DNA of 40,967 bases from a virus (taxonomy: Duplodnaviria > Caudoviricetes): the IMG/VR virus record IMGVR_UViG_3300048578_000437, positions 1 through 40,967 of that record. One strand, written 5' to 3'. The translations under genes were made by a program, and so were the position numbers. This document shows positions 35,304-40,967 of the stretch, one piece after another. Numbering within the stretch: position 1 is the first letter of the stretch; every line of letters begins with the position of its first letter. Below the pieces are notes generated by a model that did no database searches, was not told where the DNA came from, and saw only the letters and a list, made by a program, of their open reading frames with translations.

Positions 35304-35668
35304 CGTCGTTTCCTTTCGAGCCACGCTGCGAAGCCCGTGAGGCGGTCGCTGCCGGCCGTCTTCAACTGGCCGTCGATCTCGTCGGCCCACGCGAGGCACG
35401 TGCCAGCGGTCTGCAGGAGCGCGTCACGGAAGGCCTCGTGGCGGCCCGACAGCCCCTCGCGCAGCGCGCGGAGCAGAAGGTGAACCACGAGGTGCGCGCG
35501 GGTCAGCCGCTGCAGCTCGTGAAGAGCGCCGAGCTCCTCACCGGTTCCGCGCACGTTCGCCTTCAGGAGCGCGATGGTCGCGTCGGCGGTGGTGTGCGCG
35601 GGAAAGGCCTCCATATTGCGAAGGCCTGCGGCGACGGCGAAGCGCTGGATGCGGTCGAGGCTGTTCAC
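35300..35668 (-). CDS. Degenerate MazG-like protein
   Basis: GEELG...FRDALLQTAGTCLAWADEID. Confidence 0.5.
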   Translation of the reverse strand: MNSLDRIQRFAVAAGLRNMEAFPAHTTADATIALLKANVRGTGEELGALHELQRLTRAHLVVHLLLRALREGLSGRHEAFRDALLQTAGTCLAWADEIDGQLKTAGSDRLTGFAAWLERKRR

Positions 35669-37296
35669 GCTGCCCTCCGTGAGCGCGCGCGCTCCGTCGG
35701 CACGTTCGCTCTCACGACCGCCTCAGCGACTTCGGGACACACGCTGTTCCCGATGAGCCTCACCTGGGCGCTCTTCGTCTTCGCGGCGCTGAGGTCGTAG
35801 CCTTCGGCGAACCGGCCGAACTGCGCGCGCAGGAGCTCGTGCGGCTCGAGCATGCGCATGCCGATGTCGGTGATGACGTGATCGACGCCATCGATGGTGA
35901 CGAGCCCGAAGCGGTCCTTGGTGACGACAGTCCGCAGCGGCTCGCGCACGTCCTGCCCGACGTCCCCGCTGCCGTAGTACGCCGCGAGGAACGCGCGCAC
36001 CTCGGCCACGTGGATGCCGCCCGCGGTGATGACGGGCAGGGGCTCTCGGACGTCGGCCGCCATCGGCTGCCCAGGCGCGGTGCCGCGGAACGTCGCGAGC
36101 GTCACCGCGGCGAGGCTGTGGTGATCCTTCGTGGTGATCGTCGAGACGCGGTCGCCCATCGGCGTGCCCACGACGCCGCCGAAGTGCTTGGCGAGGAAGG
36201 CGCTCACGAGCGCGTGCTTCGCCCCGCCAGCGACAACCGTGCCCAGAGGCTCGTGGAGGTCGAGGTGACGTGGGCGCTGCCCCGCGCGCTCGCCGTAACC
36301 GGTCTGCACGAGCGTCGGCGCGACGAGCACGCGGTCGTTCTTCGTGGTGATCGTGCCGACCGGGGCGTCTCCTGCGGTCGGCGCGGCTTCACCGGCGCGA
36401 CCACCGCAGCCCGCAACGAAGGGCGTGACGAGGGCGTGACCGCGGCGCGCTGCCGTCACGGTGGTGAGCGGCTCGTGCAGCGACTCGCAGCGTGCCTCAC
36501 CGCCGCCGTGGTTCACCGGGATGATGAATGGGCTCGGGCTCTCGATGACGAATCGACGGATGCCGGCGGCGATGCGCGCGAGCGTCTTCTTCGCGAGCGG
36601 GCGCTTGCGCTCGAAGATGCTGGGGCAGGGGATGCTCCAGTCGATGCACTCGGCCGCCGTGCGGAACGGGTGAGCGCGTCCGGGGCCGTGCGTGGGCTCG
36701 GGCCAGGTGATGGGCTTCCCGTCGCACCTCGCGACGATGAAGAGGCGCCTGCGGCGGGTCGGGGCGCCGTACTCGCTGGCGTCGAGCACCTTCCACGCGA
36801 CCGTGTAGCCGAGCAGCTCGAGGCGCACCTTCCATCGCTTGAAGAGCTCGCCCGCGCGCTCCTTCACCGGGTAGCCCTTCGCGTCGAGCGGGCCCCACGT
36901 GAGGAACTCGCGCACGTTCTCGACGAAGATGACCGAGGGGCGCACCGCGGCCGCCCACTGCACGACGACCTCGGCGAGCGAGCGAATGCCCTGGCTGCGC
37001 GGCTTGCCGCCCTTGGCGACCGAGAAGTGCGTGCAGTCGGGCGACGCCCAGAGCACGTCGACCGGCTTTCCCTTCGTCGCATCGACCGGGTCGACCTCGA
37101 AGACGTCGGTGACGAGGTGCTTCGTGGCCGGGTGGTTGGCCTCGTGCACGGCGAGCGCGGTGGCGCTGTGGTTGATGGCCACCGCGACGCGTCGACCGAG
37201 CGCAGCCTCGAGGCCGGTTGACGCACCACCGCCGCCGGCGAAGAGGTCGATCACGAGCCCGTTCTTGCTGTCGAGGAACCGAGGGACGCGGCTCAA
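35665..37296 (-). CDS. DNA cytosine-5 methyltransferase
   Basis: DLFAGGGG (I), SPDC (IV), ENV (VI), RRRLF (VIII), IGNSV (X); repeated PLxTVT units; TTG start overlapping the upstream TGA. Confidence 0.93.
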   Translation of the reverse strand: MSRVPRFLDSKNGLVIDLFAGGGGASTGLEAALGRRVAVAINHSATALAVHEANHPATKHLVTDVFEVDPVDATKGKPVDVLWASPDCTHFSVAKGGKPRSQGIRSLAEVVVQWAAAVRPSVIFVENVREFLTWGPLDAKGYPVKERAGELFKRWKVRLELLGYTVAWKVLDASEYGAPTRRRRLFIVARCDGKPITWPEPTHGPGRAHPFRTAAECIDWSIPCPSIFERKRPLAKKTLARIAAGIRRFVIESPSPFIIPVNHGGGEARCESLHEPLTTVTAARRGHALVTPFVAGCGGRAGEAAPTAGDAPVGTITTKNDRVLVAPTLVQTGYGERAGQRPRHLDLHEPLGTVVAGGAKHALVSAFLAKHFGGVVGTPMGDRVSTITTKDHHSLAAVTLATFRGTAPGQPMAADVREPLPVITAGGIHVAEVRAFLAAYYGSGDVGQDVREPLRTVVTKDRFGLVTIDGVDHVITDIGMRMLEPHELLRAQFGRFAEGYDLSAAKTKSAQVRLIGNSVCPEVAEAVVRANVPTERARSRRAA

Positions 37297-37619
37297 GCGG
37301 CACCTCGACGCATGGCGCGAAGACGGCGCTCGGCCTTCTTCTCGCGCTCGAGCTCGGCCGCGTGCTGTTCGGGCGTCTTGCCCAGCCACTGCTGCCCGGC
37401 GGGGGTGACGTCGAGCGTGCGGCCCTTCGCGGGCTGCCACGTCACCAGGCCCTTCTCGCGGAGCGTGTCGAGGTGGCACCACACGCCGTGCGAGCTGGCG
37501 ATCTTCAGCTTCGTCATGAGCTCGCGGATGGTGGGCGGGAAGCCGTCGCGCTCCCGGCCGCCGGCGATGAGGTGCATCACGCGGAGCTGCCGCACCGTGG
37601 GGGTGACGTGCTCAGACAT
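37293..37619 (-). CDS. LexA-like DNA-binding domain protein lacking the peptidase domain
   Basis: TVRQLRVM..I...GFPPTIREL...IASSHGVWCHLDTLREKG.V....KGRTL. Confidence 0.85.
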   Translation of the reverse strand: MSEHVTPTVRQLRVMHLIAGGRERDGFPPTIRELMTKLKIASSHGVWCHLDTLREKGLVTWQPAKGRTLDVTPAGQQWLGKTPEQHAAELEREKKAERRLRAMRRGAA

Positions 37620-37962
37620 GGGAGGCCTCCGCAGGTGACGTCTTCTCAGCGAGCTGGCGGCGCAGGTCGGCGACCTGCTGCTCGAGCTCGGCGATGCGCT
37701 TCTTCGCGCTCTTCTTCTGCGCCGGACCGAGAGGGAGGACGGGCTGCGCGCTACGGACGAGGCGGTACTCGAACTCGTTGTCGCCGTACTGCCGCTTCAG
37801 GACCTCGACGCGGTCCTCGTCGCGGATTTCCTTCAGCCGCGCGCCGTAGCGCCAGCCGCCGGCCTTCCGGAGCTCGCTCATGTGGTGCCAGGCGCCGTCG
37901 GAGAGCAGCTGGCGCAGGGCCGCGCGCTTCGTGGGCGCAGCAGCGGGAATCGCGCTCGTCAT
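37612..37962 (-). CDS. Winged-helix phage protein
   Basis: LLSDGAWH..SEL...RYGARLKEIR...EYRL. Confidence 0.78.
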   Translation of the reverse strand: MTSAIPAAAPTKRAALRQLLSDGAWHHMSELRKAGGWRYGARLKEIRDEDRVEVLKRQYGDNEFEYRLVRSAQPVLPLGPAQKKSAKKRIAELEQQVADLRRQLAEKTSPAEASHV

Positions 37963-38366
37963 GAACGGCCCTCCGCCTTCGCGACGGCAGCTTTCATCGC
38001 GGTGCGCGCTTCCTCGTACGTCTTGAGCGCCTGCAAGGACCGGCGGTGCAGCTGCTCGGCGGTCATGTCCGGCACGCCCCGGAACGGCTCGGTGAAGTCG
38101 CGCACGAGCCGGAGGAACTCGCCCATGCCGACGATCTCGTTGTCCTTCAGCGCCGCCAACAGGTCCGGGGCGGCGGCGATGAGGTGAGCGTTCGCGCGGT
38201 CTTCAGTCGTGAACTCGTCGGCGACGGAGGAGGCGATCTCGGCAACGGCCTGCTCTCGACCGTTGGCCGTTGGCGTCCGGTCTCCGCTGATTACGGCGTA
38301 GCTCCCGAACGAGCCGCTCTCGAAGACGGCCTGCCATGGCCCCGGTGTGTGTCTGGGCGCGGTCAT
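37959..38366 (-). CDS. Conserved phage protein (HTPGPW...ANAHLIAAAPDLL family)
   Basis: Characteristic motifs; GAGG SD. Confidence 0.85.
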   Translation of the reverse strand: MTAPRHTPGPWQAVFESGSFGSYAVISGDRTPTANGREQAVAEIASSVADEFTTEDRANAHLIAAAPDLLAALKDNEIVGMGEFLRLVRDFTEPFRGVPDMTAEQLHRRSLQALKTYEEARTAMKAAVAKAEGRS

Positions 38367-38602
38367 CGGCTCACCTCGATCACGGCCCTCTGCACGCTGA
38401 GACCGCCGCTGCGACGACGCGCGGTGACGCTCGCGAAGATGGAGAGGAGGTGAGGCTCGCGCGGCTCGGTGCCGCAGTTCGCCTCGAGGTACTTCTTCCA
38501 CGCGCCGTTCCGCGTCGCAGATGCGGTGAAGGGGAGGATGCTGGCCGAGCGTGGGTGCTGCGAGACGACGACCCAGACGTGAGCGGGAGAGGGCTTTCTC
38601 AT
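38363..38602 (-). CDS. Hypothetical protein, near the start of the leftward operon
   Basis: ATGA overlap with the downstream gene. Confidence 0.6.
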   Translation of the reverse strand: MRKPSPAHVWVVVSQHPRSASILPFTASATRNGAWKKYLEANCGTEPREPHLLSIFASVTARRRSGGLSVQRAVIEVSR

Positions 38603-38746
38603 CGGCCACCGCCGGCGCGGGGACCCGGCGGGGCCGGGTGGGTGGTGAGGAGGAGAGTGGCGGCCCCGAGCAGGGGACGAACGCGCGGGGGCTTCGGAAC
38701 GAGGTGAGGCATCGGGCAGATCTCCATCGAGAGCGCCCAAGGTGCA

Positions 38747-38762
38747 CTGAACCGAAGTTCAG
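38747..38762. promoter_or_regulatory. LexA/SOS-type operator CTGAAC-CGAA-GTTCAG
   Basis: Same palindrome as 1628-1643; upstream of the leftward replication-late operon. Confidence 0.7.
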
Positions 38763-38777
38763 CACCATTAGGGCACT

Positions 38778-38798
38778 TTGGTGTTCGTTTGGTGCGCG
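38778..38798. repeat. Putative integrase arm-type sites
   Basis: Matches the 19-39 repeat. Confidence 0.65.
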
Positions 38799-38815
38799 AC
38801 GAGCGCGCACGAGCG

Positions 38816-38831
38816 CTGAACAGTTGGACAG
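38816..38831. promoter_or_regulatory. Degenerate SOS-type operator CTGAAC-AGTT-GGACAG
   Basis: Two mismatches to the palindrome, 69 bp from the perfect copy. Confidence 0.5.
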
Positions 38832-38913
38832 CTGCGAGGGCACCAGTAGGGCGCAGCCCCGCGAACTCACTTCACCAGCGACGACTAGGAATCAGTGGGA
38901 CCGAGAATCGCGA

Positions 38914-38958
38914 ACCTTGACACGGTGGGGGTCGCTGGTTCGAGACCAGCAGGACGCA
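38914..38958 (+). other. attR: 3' fragment of tRNA-Val(GAC)
   Basis: ACC-TTGACAC-GGTGG-GGGTC-GCTGG-TTCGAGA-CCAGC-AGGACGC-A; the 5' half (acceptor and D arm) is absent. Confidence 0.9.
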
Positions 38959-38964
38959 CTTCAA

Positions 38965-39000
38965 GAAACCCGCCGAGAGATCGGCGGGTTTTTTCGTTTT
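38965..39000 (+). terminator. Intrinsic terminator of the original tRNA-Val gene
   Basis: AAACCCGCCGA-GAGA-TCGGCGGGTTTTTT. Confidence 0.9.
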
Positions 39001-39023
39001 CAGTTCGGTTATGCAGCGCGCCC

Positions 39024-40967
39024 ATGGGCGCACTCGTCACCATCACGTTGCCGGACGGTTCGAAGAAGGAAGCGGACGCCGGCATCTCCATCGTTGATTT
39101 CGTCAAGAACCACATCGGCCCGGGCCTCGCGAAGGCCGCGGTGTTCGCGAAGCTGAACGGCCAGGAAGCCGACCTCACGCGCACCATCGACGCCGACGCG
39201 TCGCTGCAGATCTTCACCACCAAGTCGCCGGAGGCCCTCGAGGTCGCCCGCCACGACGCCGCGCACATCGTCGCCGACGCCGTGCAGCAGCTCTTCCCCG
39301 GCACGCAGGTCACCATCGGCCCGGTGATCGAAGAGGGCTTCTATTACGACTTCTACCGCGAGAAGGACGGCAAGCCCGCCGCGTTCTCCCCCGACGAGCT
39401 CGAGCAGATCGAGAAGCGCGCGAACGAGATCATCGCGAAGGACGTGAGCTTCGTCCGCACCGAGGTCGCGATCGACGAGGCCGTGAAGCTCTTCGAGTCG
39501 AAGGGCGAGAAGTTTAAGGTCGAGATCGTGCACGACATCGTGGCGAAGGGCGCGAAGACGCTCACGCTCTACCAGCACGGCGACTGGGTCGACTTCTGCC
39601 TCGGGCCCCACGGTCCGTCGACGGGCAAGGTCGGCGTGATCAAGCTCCTCTCGGCGTCGGGCGCGTACTGGCGCGCGGACCAGACCCGCGAGCAGCTGCA
39701 GCGCATCTACGGCATCAGCTTCTTCGACAAGAAGGCGCTCGAGGCGTGGACCAAGCAGCGTGAAGAGGCCGCCAAGCGCGACCACCGCCGCCTCGGCAAG
39801 GAGCTCGACCTCTTCCACTTCCACCCGTTCGCGCCGGGCTCCGCGTTCTGGACGCCGAAGGGCACCTCGCTCTACCAGACGCTCTCGGACTGGATGCGCC
39901 GCCTCACGCGCGAAGACGGCTACGTCGAGATCAAGACGCCGCTGCTCTTCAACAAGGGCCTGTGGCTCAAGAGCGGCCACTGGGACAAGTACAAGGAGAA
40001 CATGTTCCTCGTGCAGGACCAGGACTCGGGCGAGCTCGACTTCTCGCTCAAGCCGATGAACTGCCCGTCGCATCACCTGTACTTCGGCTTCGGCAAGCAC
40101 AGCTACCGCGAGCTCCCGTTGCGCCTGCACACGCAGGACGTGCTCCACCGCAACGAGGCCGCGGGCGCGCTCGGCGGCCTGACGCGCGTGCGCCAGTTCG
40201 CGCAGGACGACGCACACATCTACTGCCGCGAAGACCAGGTGCAGGACGAGGTGCTTCGCTTCGTGAAGTTGCTCGACAAGGTCTACGCCGCGGTGGGCCT
40301 CAAGTACGAAGCGAAGCTGTCCACGCGGCCCGAGAAGCGCCTCGGCACCGACGAGCTGTGGGACCGCGCCGAGACCTCGCTCAAGAACTCGCTCGAGGCG
40401 ATGAAGGTCCAGTACGAGCTCAAGCCGGGCGACGGCGCGTTCTACGGGCCGAAGATCGACTTCGTGGTGTCCGACTCCATCGGCCGCCGCTGGCAGCTCG
40501 GCACGATGCAGCTCGACTACGTGGCCGCCGAGCGCTTCGACCTGACCTACGTCGGCGACGACAACAAGGAACACCGCCCGGTCGTGCTCCACCGCGCGAT
40601 CTACGGCAGCTTCGAGCGCTTCATCGCGATCCTCATCGAGCACTTCGCGGGCGTCTTCCCCACGTGGCTCTCGCCGGTGCAGGCGGTGATCGTCACCGTC
40701 GCCGACCGCCAGGAGGCCTACGCGAAGAAGCTCGTGAACGACCTCAACGCCAAGGGCTTCCGCGTGGAGTTCGACGAGCGCGGCATGTCGATGCAGAAGA
40801 AGATCCGCGAGGCCGAGATCGGCAAGGTCCCCTACATCCTCGTCATCGGAGACAAGGAGGTCGAGGCCAACGCCGTCGCCCCCCGTCGCCACGGTGGTCA
40901 GGACCTCAAGACGATGCCGGTCGCGGACTTCGTGGAGTTGCTCGCGAAGGACGCCGCCATTCCTTGA
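39024..40967 (+). CDS. thrS: Threonine--tRNA ligase
   Basis: TGS domain (ITLPDGS), [45 protein letters not shown]. Confidence 0.99.
   Translation: MGALVTITLPDGSKKEADAGISIVDFVKNHIGPGLAKAAVFAKLNGQEADLTRTIDADASLQIFTTKSPEALEVARHDAAHIVADAVQQLFPGTQVTIGPVIEEGFYYDFYREKDGKPAAFSPDELEQIEKRANEIIAKDVSFVRTEVAIDEAVKLFESKGEKFKVEIVHDIVAKGAKTLTLYQHGDWVDFCLGPHGPSTGKVGVIKLLSASGAYWRADQTREQLQRIYGISFFDKKALEAWTKQREEAAKRDHRRLGKELDLFHFHPFAPGSAFWTPKGTSLYQTLSDWMRRLTREDGYVEIKTPLLFNKGLWLKSGHWDKYKENMFLVQDQDSGELDFSLKPMNCPSHHLYFGFGKHSYRELPLRLHTQDVLHRNEAAGALGGLTRVRQFAQDDAHIYCREDQVQDEVLRFVKLLDKVYAAVGLKYEAKLSTRPEKRLGTDELWDRAETSLKNSLEAMKVQYELKPGDGAFYGPKIDFVVSDSIGRRWQLGTMQLDYVAAERFDLTYVGDDNKEHRPVVLHRAIYGSFERFIAILIEHFAGVFPTWLSPVQAVIVTVADRQEAYAKKLVNDLNAKGFRVEFDERGMSMQKKIREAEIGKVPYILVIGDKEVEANAVAPRRHGGQDLKTMPVADFVELLAKDAAIP

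Larger units (their letters stand above)
1..38958. mobile_element. Temperate prophage (siphovirus-like) integrated in tRNA-Val(GAC); left boundary lies before position 1
   Basis: Integrase and excisionase at left, complete head/tail/lysis gene set, tRNA 3' fragment at right followed by housekeeping thrS. Confidence 0.95.

Noticed and set aside
38880-38960. Complete tRNA-Val gene
   Set aside because: Only the anticodon loop to discriminator is present; upstream bases cannot form the acceptor or D arm, so it is the att duplicate
38895-39023. N-terminal extension of thrS in the ORF track
   Set aside because: It runs through the tRNA fragment and terminator; the TGS domain begins at ATG 39024
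1-40967. CRISPR array, reverse transcriptase/DGR, transposase, tail sheath
   Set aside because: No repeat-spacer array, RT motifs, TR/VR pair, DDE enzyme or sheath gene recognised by eye

Overview
This high-GC window, probably from a myxobacterium (inferred from the operator motifs, not proven), is almost entirely one apparently intact temperate siphovirus-type prophage of about 39 kb. It is integrated in a tRNA-Val(GAC) gene just upstream of host thrS (39024-40967). The displaced 3' half of the tRNA (attR, 38914-38958) and its terminator are visible; attL must lie left of position 1. The left end carries a tyrosine integrase, an excisionase, an RHH-like regulator and a rightward early operon. 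An accessory block at about 7.3-11.5 kb holds an AbiV-family gene and a three-ORF module with a likely -1 frameshift. A long leftward unit then runs from replication and methylation genes through terminase, HK97-type head, neck, non-contractile tail and lysis genes. The most notable features are: (i) an unassigned accessory module whose Zn-ribbon protein can be extended into a membrane-anchored form by slippage at A10G; (ii) CTGAAC-N4-GTTCAG SOS-type operators at both prophage ends with no CI-type repressor; (iii) an fMet-like tRNA plus a multi-hairpin RNA between head and neck genes; (iv) a repeated late-promoter-like motif; (v) a lysis protein with an N-terminal TM helix and C-terminal outer-membrane beta-strands; (vi) duplicated tail-tube genes. 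All family calls are by-eye motif recognition, not database searches.
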